A program made the translations under genes and the position numbers. Below, one piece after another: positions 1 through 12,656 of a stretch of DNA of 64,000 bases (the stretch's first letter is position 1; every line of letters begins with the position of its first letter). The notes beneath the pieces were generated by a model, which ran no database searches, was not told the origin of the DNA, and saw only the letters and a list, made by a program, of their open reading frames with translations. The stretch is from the human T2T-CHM13v2.0 reference genome, Homo sapiens. The DNA lies in the NCBI RefSeq assembly GCF_009914755.1, contig NC_060926.1; one strand, given 5' to 3'.

Positions 1-239
1 CCTGGCCAACATAGTGAAACCCCGTCTCTACTAAAAATACAAAAATTAGCCAGGTCCTGTCTCTACTAAAAAACACAAAAATTAGCTGGGTGTGGTGGTG
101 CGCGCCTGTAATCCCAGCTATTCTGGAGGCTGAGGCAGGAGAATCGCTTGAACCCAGGGAGGCAGAGGTTACAGTGAGCTGAGATCGTGCCACTGCACTC
201 CAGCGACAGAGAGGGAGTCCCTCCCAAAAAAAGAAAAAA
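1..239 (+). mobile_element. Alu (AluS-type), cut by the window edge, with a duplicated middle A-rich linker
   Basis: Alu motifs CCTGGCCAACATAGTGAAACCCCGTCTCTACTAAAAATACAAAAATTAGC, right arm and A-tail; linker present twice (21-50 and 56-86). Confidence 0.93.
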
Positions 240-244
240 GACAT

Positions 245-514
245 GCGCGGTGGCTCACGCCTGTAATCCCAGCACTTTGGGAGGCTGAGGCGGGTGGGTC
301 AAGAGGTCAGGAGTTTGAGGCCAGCCTGACCAACATAGTGAAACCCCGTCTCTACTAAAAATACAAAAAATAGCCGGGCGTGGTGGCACGCGCCTATAAT
401 CCCAGCTACTCAGGAGGCTGAGGCAGGAGAATCACTTGAACCCGGGAGGCAGAGGTTGCAGTGCGCCGATCGCAACACTTCACTCCAGCCTGAGCGACAG
501 AGCGAGATTCTGTC

Positions 515-515
<1 letters not shown>
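245..515 (+). mobile_element. Alu (AluSg-like)
   Basis: GCGCGGTGGCTCACGCCTGTAATCCCAGCACTTTGGGAGG head and full dimer. Confidence 0.93.
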
Positions 516-585
<70 letters not shown>

Positions 586-650
586 AAAGGAAGAAAGAAA
601 GAAAGAGAAAGAGAGAAAAAAGAAAAACAAAAAACCAAAAACCTAAACAA
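516..650 (+). repeat. (GA)n-(GAAA)n compound microsatellite derived from the Alu tail
   Basis: Direct reading of AG and GAAA runs. Confidence 0.95.
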
Positions 651-1076
651 AAATTTAGCTTGTGGAAATCCCGACGCTCACTGAGTGCGGAAATTTCTTC
701 CAGTGTGTTGATGGCTTTGAATCTACCTGAGTCTCCAATTTGTGGGGTTTATTACTCAAAGGGTAATAAACTCTGAGGTCTTTAGATAAGCGCTGGATTC
801 CGCTAACCATCACAGGAACTAGGACACTTTTGGTTCCATCAACTCAAGTTTTCATCTGCTTCTGATAGTGGCTCAATCAGTAATCAACAGGAAATGTTGA
901 TGGAGAAGCCATCACGAGCTAGGTGCAAATTATAACCTTGTCTAACTCAAACAGAGCCTGTCCTGAAGGGGTTAGTGATTTAGTCTGGGAAATGAGGACA
1001 CAGAAATAAAGAATTGTTTAAAGGTGGTATATATGTATATTAAGAGCCAAATGAGTTCAGACTGTATCTGCTAGGC

Positions 1077-1432
1077 CAGCAGTCCCCAGCCTATTTGACA
1101 CCAGGGACAGGTTTCATGGAAGACAATTTTTCATGGTGGGGTGGGGGTGGGGGCAAGGGGTTGGGGTGGGCAGTGGGTGGGATGGTTTCAGGATGAAAAT
1201 GTTCCATCTCAGATCATCAGGCATTAGATTCTCATAAGGAGCTCGCACCCTAGATCCCTCGCATGCGGCAGTTCACAATAGGGTTTGCACTCCTATGAGA
1301 ATCTAATGCCCCGCTTATCCGACAGAAAGTTGAGCTCAGACGGTCACCCGCCAATTACCTTCTGCTGTGCGGCCCAGTTCCTAACAGGCCATGAACAGGT
1401 ACTAGCCCATGGCCTGGGATTGGGGACCCCTG
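1077..1432 (+). mobile_element. MER1B (hAT-Charlie non-autonomous DNA transposon), apparently inserted in an L2 remnant
   Basis: TIRs CAGCAGTCCCC...GGGGACCCCTG; 8-bp TSD TGCTAGGC/TGCTAGGG; internal MER1 motif CAGATCATCAGGCATTAGATTCTCATAAGG. Confidence 0.88.
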
Positions 1433-3831
1433 TGCTAGGGGTATTCAGAGGAGGAAGAGGTCATGCGGACCTGTTGGTCAGACAAAGCTTCATAGGGAAG
1501 GTGGGGCTTGAATTGGGCCTTGAAGGGAGGGGGGATGGATATGGGTCTGGCAGAGCCTTGGGGAGGTCATTCCACGTGTAAATCAAGATTTTAGAAGGAA
1601 ATCACTCTTGAGGATTCATGAGCATTAGAGGTTCTTTTTCGAAAGACTGGTTTGCTGTTTTGATGTTAAATCTTGAATGCGACTAAGAAGTTTGTACTTC
1701 ATCACTTTAGTAATTAATGGTCTTTTTGAAGCAAATAAGCATGTGATCATAAGGACCTCATGATAGTTACACTTAGCTCTACCCTGTTTTCTAAAAGCCA
1801 TAGAGACTGTCTACCCTCCTTCATTTCTGTTACTAGGGGTTCCTCTCCCACCACACTTGTTTATGGGTGAGGTATTAGAGATACTCTTCTACACTGCCCT
1901 TAAAAAAGGCACACTAACCCCTTGTCAAACTCCAATGCCAATCACCGCAGGTATATCCAGGAGTAATAGAAATAAAATACTAGCATTGTCAGCAGTAATT
2001 AGAAACTGACATTTTCCTAGGAATAATGTCCTGCCTTACTCAATGGCTTTCCTTTATTCTCACTTATGGCAGTCCCCCTCTGCCATTATTCTTAGAGGAA
2101 GAATTAAAGTGATCTGCCTACACAATGTGTTCATCTTAATATCCCTATTAGGCTAATTAACATAAAAATCTAAAGAGTCTCAATCCTGAACCTGGTAGTG
2201 TTCAGGATTTACTGGAGACAGGGAGAGAGATGGGCAGAAAAGGCAGAGAAAAGTAATTTGCAAACTTCGAACTGGTGTTGCAGGCAGAGAGAATGGAAGA
2301 TGAAGGAGAGAATCAGATCACATGGAAGGCCAATTCTCAGAACACAATGATGTCCTTAATATATAGGAAAAAGAAAAGAATCCAAGATAATTTGAGAGCC
2401 TAGGAGAATTAATAGAAACAGGCCATTGGTGCTGGGAAGGCTGCTACTTTGGTTTTAGTACGTTGAGTTGGGAGGGTTACCAGGCCTTTTTTTTCTACAC
2501 AATAGGCCCCGTGAAAGAACAGACAACTACGGTTCACAGGATTCAGAAGCTTATTGAAAGAAGTTTCAGGTTCCACTTCCTAAGCCTAGAATGATTTTTT
2601 TGTTTCCTAAGAGCTTCACATTATCTCTACATGCCAGGGATAAATGAAGAACCTCTGAATATTTTGATACTTTGATAAAGAAAATCTGTAAACCTCAAAG
2701 AAATACACACTGGCAATTTATATGTATCAATATAAGCAGAAAATACCAAAGGGCGGGCAAATGTGTTGCTCATTTGTAAAAAATTCACCAACTGGAAGCT
2801 CGTGCCACTGATAGCACTCTGATTTCTCTGTTCTCACCCTTGTCTTCTTTAATCTTCTTCCTCTGCCATTTTGTCTCAGGCCTGAGCTGAGAGTGCAGCA
2901 GTTGGCATAGAATATCTGAAAGTCTATTAAATGATAATTGTTGCTTCATTAATTTGTCCCTCCCTCTTACTTTTGCTTTAGTGTTTCTGTCGCCTTGTCT
3001 CCTCAAACCTACCCCAGAGTGTGAGAGGAGAGGTGTGCTTTGGTCTGGCTCAGAGCAGCAGATCCAGCTATGTCTAAATATATGCCTTTCTTGCATCTGA
3101 TGCAGAAATGTGCAGCTGTTAAGTCTGTCTTCCTTTCCAACTCCAATTCCACTTATAATTTTAATACTAAATGTCCATCTATCTAAAAATGACTCTGATA
3201 AATTTCTCTATGATGAAGGCCAATAGATAAAATATCTGCATTTGTATATGGGCTTTCAAGGTCTTGTGATTCCAACATCATAATTCCAAACTTAATGGAG
3301 AAGGAAAATCAGGCCACATCAGTGTATCTAAGATCCAACCTTGATTTTCCTAAGAAGCAGTAAGTGGGGCAAAGGATCTAAACTCTCAATCTGGGTATCA
3401 GCTTCCTGATCTGTGAAATGAATGAAGAAACCTGTCCCTTTGTCTTCTTAATGGTCCTTTGTCTTCCACTATCCAGTAACCTCATAAGATTTTCCACTTA
3501 ATTCCTAACATATCTTGGATTGCCACATAATATCAAAGTTAGTGCTGTGTTTCACAGAGGAAAATGATTTTCTCTAGGTTCTGCAGATTTGATCTAAGCA
3601 AATAGTCACAGATACTTGTATCTCTTCTTTTCCCTGAGAAATTTAGAGACATTCAAAGTAGTAGTACTAGATGTGTGGCTAGCACATAGTGCCCTGAAAC
3701 ATTATATAAGGTTGGAGATTTATAATTAGAATAGTTTCAGAAAACAAAGGAGTGATTTAGGAGACTATAGAATATTAAGAATAAAGTCGACATGCAGAAA
3801 AGGAGATGTATAGCTCCATCTTAGACATTTT

Positions 3832-3833
<2 letters not shown>

Positions 3834-3879
<46 letters not shown>
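3834..3879. repeat. (GT)23 microsatellite
   Basis: Perfect GT run. Confidence 0.98.
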
Positions 3880-3880
<1 letters not shown>

Positions 3881-4103
3881 GTGATTTTGGAGGGTATCTA
3901 TGGAACCAAAGCCCTGAGTCTACCCTGTATCACTGCAGACTGGGAGGAAAGATGGAGGGGAGATAGGGGAATGGGAACCCAACTCCCTCAAGAACCCTCC
4001 CCAGTAATCTTTGATAGATTGTGCAGTTCAGCACATCATCCTGGTATTTATATGAAGGGCTCAAGTGATCCCTAAATGTTAATTCCATTCTAGGTGTGGT
4101 AAT

Positions 4104-4516
4104 CGTATTAGTCCATTCTTGTACTGCTATAAAGAAATACGTGAGACTGGGTAATTTATAAAGAAAAGGTTTAATTGGCTCATGGTTCTGCAGGCTGTAT
4201 AGGAAGCAGAGTGGCTTCTGCTTCTGGGGGGCCCTCAGGAAACTGACAATCACGGTGGAAATTGAAGAGACAGCAGGCATGTCTTACATGGCTGGAGCAG
4301 GAGGAAGAGAGTGAGAGAGGGGTGGTGCTACACACTTTCAAACAGCCAGATCTCATAAGAACTGTATCATGAGAACAGCACCGAGGGGAGGTGCTAAACC
4401 ATTCACCAAGGATCCGTCCCCACGATCCAATCACCTCCCACCAGGTCCCACCTCCAACACTGGGGATTACAATTTGACATGAGATCTGGGTGGGAACACA
4501 GATGCAAACCGTATCA
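4104..4516 (-). mobile_element. MSTA-type MaLR solo LTR
   Basis: GTATTAGTCCATT...GAGACTGGGTAATTTATAAAGAAAA...CAAACCGTATCA; perfect 5-bp TSD GTAAT (4099-4103, 4517-4521). Confidence 0.9.
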
Positions 4517-5555
4517 GTAATAGAGACCAGAGGCCATATTTCTTTCCCTTTCCTATTGGAGGCAATTTGATTGTTCAGAAGCTAAGCCTTGAATCCTGAG
4601 CACTGATATATGGCTGCCTGTATTTCCTCCAAACTGGCCCACCTTAACTTTGTGCACTTCTTCAGACTTCCTCCCTCTTGTCAGCTACAGGGTTCCTTAG
4701 CTTCTGTTCTTGAACTTTGGATTTTTTCATTGCTGTGTAAGTTGTGCTGACTTGGATTCTGGGGCAGACTGTCCTAATACTTAGGAAACTGGATGCAGCA
4801 AACTTTAGTCTTGGAACTGAAAGCACACATGCAACATGTCACTTTCTTCTTTAAGGGCATTATTCTAAATCTGTAGTCTCAATCCCCTCCAATTAGGCTC
4901 CTAAATCCTAGTTTAGTGGGATGATCTCTATGGGCAATGCCAGAGACCAACAGCTTTCCCAAGCCTTCCTCTGCCTTCAGGCATTGAAGACAAAGGTTGT
5001 TTTCCTGTCTTCTTCACAGCTGCTGTCACCTTTTCGATCTCTTATGACTTACTCACAAAATAGGATGGATGAGAATAGTCTCTTCAGATCCCACCATTTT
5101 TCCTTTGGATTCCTGAAAAACAGAGGCTTTTATCTTGAAAGTTTGCCAAAATGGATATATTTAAAATGTTTTGTAGAGTTCAGGAGATGTCGGTTAATCT
5201 ATATTTTGTGCTTTTTCCTTTATATGTTTTCCGAAGTCTTTTCTATCTCTTCTGCTAACTGATGATGAATCTTACTTTATCATTTGTTTCCTCCATGAAA
5301 GAATTGCTCTGTGCTCACTTTCAGTAGAGAGATGGCCTGTCAGGATGGACAACTGTTAGACTGCATAACTGGCCTCAGAACCAAAACACCCTGAGACCAC
5401 AAATATATTTTTTTCTTATTTGGGAATTTATTTTACACATGCTTACAACAGTTAAATCACATTTAGTTCTAAGCATAACAAATCACCTTTATTGGGAAAG
5501 AAGGGAGGAGTTCTGGCTTCTCTGGAAGAATCACCATTCAAATCATATGTCAGGT

Positions 5556-5857
<302 letters not shown>

Positions 5858-6650
5858 TCAAATCACATGTCAGGGAAGTGTTGAGCTCTGAGGAAAGAGA
5901 GCCACCTGCCACTAGGCCCTGGCCAGATTTATCTTAAAGCTGGTGGTTTGGGCATGTAGGCAGTGACAGCTGACCACATCGCTCTTGAGAGGTGACTGGC
6001 CAATCCCTTTCTTGATTCTGATAGAATGTGTTCTGTTTCCACTCCACCTGGATGTACTGCAATTCAATTCTGACACTAACTGCCCATAGTTAGCATCAGA
6101 CTCTGCAGGTTTAAGAGCATAGTCCCCAGTAAGACTACTCTTACTTCAGATGCCAGCTGCAAGTTCAGGGGTTCTCAGGCCACCTGCACTTCTGACCAAC
6201 TGGCCACTAAATTGGGAGTTTCCATGACCCCCTCAGGTTCACTAATTCACTAGAATGGCTCACAGAGCTCAGGAAAGCCCTAAGCTTATTATTATAATTT
6301 TATTATAAAGAATACATCTAAGATGAGGTCTGGGAGGGTCCTAGACATGGAACTTTCATGCCCCCCTCCCTGGGAAATTTGGTATGTCACTCTGCTGTCA
6401 CATCAATGTGTTCGCCAACCACAAAGCTCCACTGAGCTTTGGTGTTCAGAGGTTTTATTGAGGTCTCATTACATAAACATGATTGAATAAATACTTAGCT
6501 ACTTGATCGAAATCAGTCTTCAGCATATTGGAGGTCTGGAGAACAAGCCGATCTCACAGGGCTCAAAGCCTCAATCAACACTATTATCAGGTGCTTGGTC
6601 TTTCTGCTGAGCAGCTTCCATCCTGAAGCTGTCTAGGGGCCCCACCATGG

Positions 6651-7910
6651 TAATACAGGATTTACTAAGAAATAATTTTTAGGTAGGCAGAAAGGGTGAG
6701 GGTTCTCAGTGGAAATTTCTTTTAATAAAAGCAACTCCCAAAACGTTTCTTTCCTAATAGAAAAGCAGCTTGGAAAGCCAGGCCGGCAAGTATTGATATG
6801 CAAATGGAAGCGATTAGAAACTAGGTCCATCCAATTGGCAATTCCTCCCCTCTTCTCTTTGTCACCATGTGTGCCAGGTGTTGAAATGCCTAACCTTGTT
6901 TTCACTTTAACTCGTTACTTTGAATTTTGTCTTGCTTGTCTCTTTAATCACCTAGCCTTGCTTCTCATGTAAATAAGACTCTCTCTAGCTAGGAAGGCCG
7001 GACAAACTCCAACTGACCCCTTAATTTACAAGACACTAAGGGCTCCTCACCCAACCCCCTTTCGTAAGGAGTTGGCCTGGGTAAACAGATCCTCAGCATT
7101 TCAAAGGAGCCCAATTAACTGATAAGGTACTAACACCAACAATGTATGAAGTTCCCAGGATTTTTCTCCGAGAGATGACAACATAAAACCTTGAGTTCGT
7201 GTCCGGCATAGACCCTATATCTAATTATAATGAAAGATTTAGAACCTTGCTCCTGGTACCCTTGCTCTTCTTGTAACCATTTGTCTTTTAAGTTGTTTAT
7301 CACTCTGTAACCATTTTGTTTCTTTTGATTCTTGCATGTTTTTACTTCTGTAAAATTATTACATTTGAGTCCCCCTCCCCTTCCTAAACCTAGGTATAAA
7401 AGTTAATCGAGCCCCTTCCTCGTGGCCGAGAGAATTTTGAGCATTAGCTGTCTCTTTGGCCGCCGGCTTAATAGAGGACTCTTAATTCGTCTCAAAGTGT
7501 GGCGTTTTCTTAACTCGCTAGTGGGTACAACAGTGTCATGGCCACCTACAGATAACACCACCTGTGCAGGACATCATGGCGACCTGCATTTGCATGTTAA
7601 AAGGCTAGGGTAGGAGGACCAGGCTTTTTGTGGGCTACATAAATGATACACCTGGTCAAACCAATCCCCTGGGCCCTAGGCAAATAAGACACCACCTCCT
7701 CCAGCCTCCCAATATAACTGATGACTTTTCTGCCACACAGGGGTTTTTCTCTCTGTTAGGAGCCCCTCTCCCTCTGTCTCTCTATGGGGGAGTGTGTTCC
7801 TTCTTTCTTGCCTATTAAACTTCCCGCTCCTTAAAACCACCCCACTTGTATCCATGTCGTTTATCTAATCAGCGGGAGACAAAGGATCATGGTGTTTCTC
7901 CAGTCATCAG
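6651..7910 (+). mobile_element. MER61-family ERV1 LTR, split (6651-6881 and 7533-7910)
   Basis: T(A)ATACAGGA start, CACACCTGGTCAAACCAATC, GCCTATTAAAC poly-A region; 4-bp TSD ATGG (6647-6650, 7911-7914). Confidence 0.78.
6882..7532 (+). mobile_element. LTR10-family (HERV-I/HERVIP10; probably LTR10C) solo LTR
   Basis: TG...CA ends, TATAAAA box, 3' end CTCTTAATTCGTCTCAAAGTGTGGCG...GGTACAACA; 4-bp TSD GTGT (6878-6881, 7533-7536). Confidence 0.8.
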
Positions 7911-8296
7911 ATGGGGTCACCTCATTAGCATAACAAAGGCACTCCTATGACTCAGGAAATTCCAAGGGTTTTTGAAGCTCTGAACCAGGAACCCAGGAAA
8001 ATGACCAGCAGTTTTTTTTTTTTTTTATTATACCACAGAGGTGATCTGCATGTTTGAACATAAGCTTACAATTTCATGAGCTTTAACAGCATCTCTACTT
8101 TTATAAAATCATATTCTCAGGACAGCAACCTTGTCCTCTTACCAAGTTGGAAAGTAATCATCATTCTTGCTCAGCTTGTATTGGCTTCTGGCCCTTCAAA
8201 GAGCTGGACACTTACTAATCTGGAAAAAGAGAGGTGAGCAAGTCTCAGACCTGTTTACTTAAAAACATCCAATCTCAGGGATAGTCCTGATGGAAG

Positions 8297-8627
<331 letters not shown>

Positions 8628-9994
8628 TAATATACTTCTTGTGTGTGTATCAAAGTCTAAATAACATTCTTTAGCTTGTCTTTTTGGAAGCAAAGTCATA
8701 ACGAGGAAAACTGAAGTGAGACTATAAGTTACCTGTAGACTAGTTTATCAGATGCTTAGTTTGGGCATTCATATGGTTAATCATCATATCTACTACACAG
8801 ATGTGCTTCATGTTTAACTGCTGATTTCTCTTCCTCCAGGGAATGACAAAAGCTTCTAGCCACAGGTAACTAGAGGCAACGTTGTAATAGCCTTGGTTCA
8901 TTTCAATCCCAGTCTTTTGTGCCTTCCTGTCTATAATTTCCCTGCCGGAGAGTTGTCTTATCCAGAAGTAATGTTAGCAGACGTACATGAAGTACATTAC
9001 TTTAAAATGGTTGCTCAGCCTCAGTCAGCATTTACGTAAGTTGCCTTTCTATTAGACAGGACTTTCTGCCTTGCCTGCTGCTGCTGTTGCAATTACTGCT
9101 GCTGCTAGTATTCTGAAATTTTCATCTTTCATTGGTTAATCTTTGCAGTCCCCTTCCTTTTGCATATTAGTGCATGACATGACGCTTTTGAATATGAGAT
9201 TGTCTTTGCATTTGTTGCTCTTTGCAATTCATGTGCTGCATTAGTCTGCACAGGGCTGTTTCCCTGGGATACTTGGTTCACTGGGCAATGTTTCTCTATT
9301 TCTGCTTCTCTTTTGGATAGGCCTTTGGGCTTCTGGTTTTCTGACTTCTTGGGCTTCTGTTTTTGGACCTATTGCCCATTTTGACTTCTTGATGGATAAT
9401 CAATTTGAACCATTAACTTCCCTTGACCAGTTTATCTTTCTGATCATCTCTGACCTTTGGACCTCAGTGTCCACTTGGACTTTGCAACCAGCATTGTGGG
9501 AGGGACTTGTTATTTGGTTCACATATTTGGGGGTCAAATGAAATAAGAGGTAGGAAGATCAACTCTCCAAGAAACAGTGGAGATTGTTTTCTATATTCAC
9601 ATTAAATATTTTCTATAGTAGTCACTTAAAAGCTTCAAAGCAGACTTGCATTCTAGCTGCTTCTGCCATTGTCAGCATTTTCTCATTCTTTAGTTGCTTC
9701 CATATCATCGAATATATACTATGTTTATTGAACGTATGCTATGCCTGCCTAGACCCAGTTGGCTTGGTAAGGATTTTGATGACATTGAAAATTTGAAATC
9801 AATTCAAATCCCACAGAAATCTATTTTCCTTCCTTTATTCCCACATGATAGTCTCCTTCATTTTTCTAAAATTCAAGGTACATCTTCATCAGTATCTCTC
9901 ATCCTGGACATTAATTAATATGTCATGATATAGTCATTGGTACATACTTGGAAGAACACTGGTAACATTTCAGGGAGGCTAATAAATCTATCCA

Positions 9995-10235
9995 GATATT
10001 TTGAGTTGCAGTCAACAAAAAACTCAAGTCAAGCTAGTTTAAACAATAAAGTGAATTTAATGGTTCATTTAACTGAAAAGCCCAGAGGTAGGTGGGTTTC
10101 AGGTACAGTTTGATTGAGACTCTAGCTCCCTTTGTCTGCCGTTCCCTCAACTCTGCTATCTCTATTCACTTTGCCCTTATGCCGATTTTCTTCATGGTAG
10201 CAAAACGGTTACAGCAGTTCTTGGTCTCATCTGTT
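9995..10235 (-). mobile_element. Old MLT1 (J/K-like) MaLR LTR fragment
   Basis: GTTGCAGTCAACAAAAAACTCAAGTCAAGCTAGTTTAAACAATAAAG resembles an MLT1 3' end in reverse. Confidence 0.5.
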
Positions 10236-10741
10236 TTCTCCACAGTCTCAAATGCACTGTGTCACTCTAAACTGGTTAAGTTTCTTGCCTTCCTCTAAAG
10301 GCTTCTCGGAATCACATGGGCATATGACCTAAGGAAATCAGGGGCTTTGGGAAGTAAAATGGGGAGTATGTCCTGGGGAGGCAACCAACAAGGTAACCGT
10401 GCAGTAAGTTCTTAGCATAGTTCTCTGTCACTTTGAAAAGAAAACTTAAAAACCACTGAAAATAAATGGGTGACTCTAGCAGACTGCAGACTACTGACCC
10501 TCAACTGCTTCAGTCACTAACTGGTGATTCCTCTTTAGTTCTTTCCAAGAACAACCTCCTTGTGACTCATTTTTAGAAGAATGACAAAAAGAACAGGCCT
10601 ACCTGTAAGCCCAACAGAGACAAGGCTGGAATGACTACCAGATGCACCAGTCATGGGTGCCATCTTGTTTCTCGTGTGGTCACTGCACTTTCATGGCATT
10701 CGAAAACAAAAAAGAAAAGAATTAGTTGCAGAAAGCATAAT

Positions 10742-11179
10742 TGTCAGGCCTCTGAGCCAAAGCTCAGCCATTTGTAACCCCTGTGGCCTGCACATATATG
10801 TCCAGATGGCCTGCAGGAGCCAAGAAGTCTGGAGCAGCCGAAAAACCTGCCTTAACTAATTAACCCACCTTATGACATTCTACCATTATGACTTGTTCCT
10901 GCCCTGCCCCAACTGATCAGTCGACCTTATGACATTGTTCTTCTGGACGATGAGTCTTACGATCTCTCCACCATGCACCTTGTGACCCTCTCCCCTGCGA
11001 ACAATAGATAACCACCTCTAACTGGTAACTTTCCACTGCCTACCCCAGTCCCGTAAAGCTGCCCCTCTCCTATCTCCCTTCTCTGACTCTCTTTTCAGAT
11101 TCAGCCCACTAGTACCCAACAGCCTTCTTGGTCACACAAAGCCTGTTTTGGTGGTCTCTTCACACGGACGCGCTTGACA
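10742..11179 (+). mobile_element. HERV-H LTR7-family solo LTR (LTR7C-like)
   Basis: TGTCAGGCCTCTGAGCC start, CACAAAGCCTGTTTTGGTGGTCTCTTCACACGGACGCGCTTGACA end; perfect TSD ATAAT (10737-10741, 11180-11184). Confidence 0.9.
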
Positions 11180-11265
11180 ATAATGACCTGTTGTATTTCT
11201 ATGAGCTTTTCTTGCAGTTTCGCTCCTGGTGGGAGGGAAGCCTCCATCTTCACAGAGGTAGATCC

Positions 11266-11684
11266 TCTGATGGGCTAAATTTTGTCCCTCCCCTCAAATT
11301 CATATATATTGAAGTCCTAACCCCAATACCTCAGGATGTAACCTTATTTTGGAGATGGAGTATTTAAAGAAGTAATTAAGTTAAAATGAGGTGATTAGGG
11401 TGGGCCCTAATTCAATACGACTCGTGTCCTTACAGGAAAAGGAAACCTGGACACAGGCACGTATGAGGGAAGACAATGTGGAGAGGCAAGGAGAAGATGG
11501 CCACCTGCAAGCCAAGGAGAGAGGCCTGGAACACACTCTTACTTCATGGCCCTCAGAAGGAGGCCACCCTGTCAACACCTTGAGCTCAGACTTCAGCCTC
11601 CAGAGCTGTGAAAAAAGAAATTTTTGTTGTTTAAGCCCCTCAGTTTGGGGTAATTTCTTATGGTGGCCCTAGCCAATGAATACA
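11266..11684 (+). mobile_element. MLT1B-like MaLR solo LTR
   Basis: GAAGTCCTAACCCC...GTAATTAAGTTAAAATGAGG...AGCCTCCAGAGCTGTGA...AATGAATACA. Confidence 0.85.
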
Positions 11685-11934
11685 GGTCCCAAATAACTCT
11701 TCAGTTTGGCCATATTTCCCTTACCTCTAGGGACTAATTTCTAAGTGCCAGTTGTTTTCTTGACACCAACCATTCAAGGTGGGTGAAGAGGGTCTGACAG
11801 GGCAGGACACCTAATGGGAGTTACCCAGCTGTTGAGGGGGACGCAGGTCTGCTGGTCAAATCATCTGTCCTCTATGAACTCAATTTCTTCCATGGGAGAA
11901 AGAGAAATGCAACTCCTCACAGTCAAGAGTTGGC

Positions 11935-12235
11935 CTGTCACTAGGCTGCGGTCGTGTCTTGTTGAACATAAACAACTTCACAGAATGTTCTCATGAAACA
12001 AGGCCACTCACAAATTTATACCTGCTTCCTGACAGCACCCAATCCACAACAAATGCCTGCTTCTCGGAACCCCCACACCCTGGCCCATATAATGACCTAA
12101 CACAAACCCGAATCCTACAACCAGTCCTTCTAGTGCTTTCTCAGGGAGACGTGCTTCCCATAGCATGCTGGCTCCCTTGAGGCAGTGAGCCAATGAACCC
12201 TAACTCTGTTCGTAGTTGTCTTTGAGACATTAACA
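11935..12235 (+). mobile_element. Diverged ERV LTR fragment (MER90-like)
   Basis: AACATAAACAACTTCACAGAA...CAAGGCCACTC motif recalled from old ERV1 LTRs. Confidence 0.4.
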
Positions 12236-12478
12236 AGAGTTTTGACTTTATTTTACATATACATCAGTCAATGGGGTACCCTCGCCCCCCACACTTCAGC
12301 CAGGACAATTTATACGGTTTAATACACCTCTTACAACATTGACTCTTATTTTCATTATCATTACATGAACAGTTACTAACTTATTAACCTTGAATTTTTT
12401 ATCTCTTCATTTAATTTGGAATTTCTTAATATAGAATGTGGTAGGGGAGAGGAGGGCTCCCTTTCAAAACAGCAACAG

Positions 12479-12656
12479 TGGCCGGGTACAGTAGCTCACG
12501 CCTATAATTCCATCACTTTGGGAGGCTGAGGGGAGACGATCACTCGAGCTCAGGATCTCACTGTCGAGGTTATAGTGAGCTATGAACACACCACTGCACT
12601 CCAGCCTGGGTGTCAGAGTGAGACCTTGTCTCTAAAAAAAAAAAAAGAAAAAAAAA
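12479..12656 (+). mobile_element. Alu monomer (FRAM-like)
   Basis: Alu head running directly into right-arm sequence and an A-tail, ~175 bp. Confidence 0.85.

Larger units (their letters stand above)
6025..8037 (-). mobile_element. MER21C-like LTR, split (pieces ~6025-6650 and 7911-8037) by nested LTRs
   Basis: MER21 motifs CAATTCAATTCTGACACTAAC and CACCTCATTAGCATAACAAAGG...TTATTATACCACA; sequence resumes colinearly after the insertion. Confidence 0.8.

Noticed and set aside
744-774. Hairpin GTTTATTAC-N7-GTAATAAAC
   Set aside because: A 9-bp perfect stem is expected by chance in 64 kb; too short for a pre-miRNA, and a bacterial-style terminator is irrelevant here.
406-776. K/E/R-rich and F/L/S-rich ORFs
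   Set aside because: Translations of the Alu plus (GA)/(GAAA) microsatellite.
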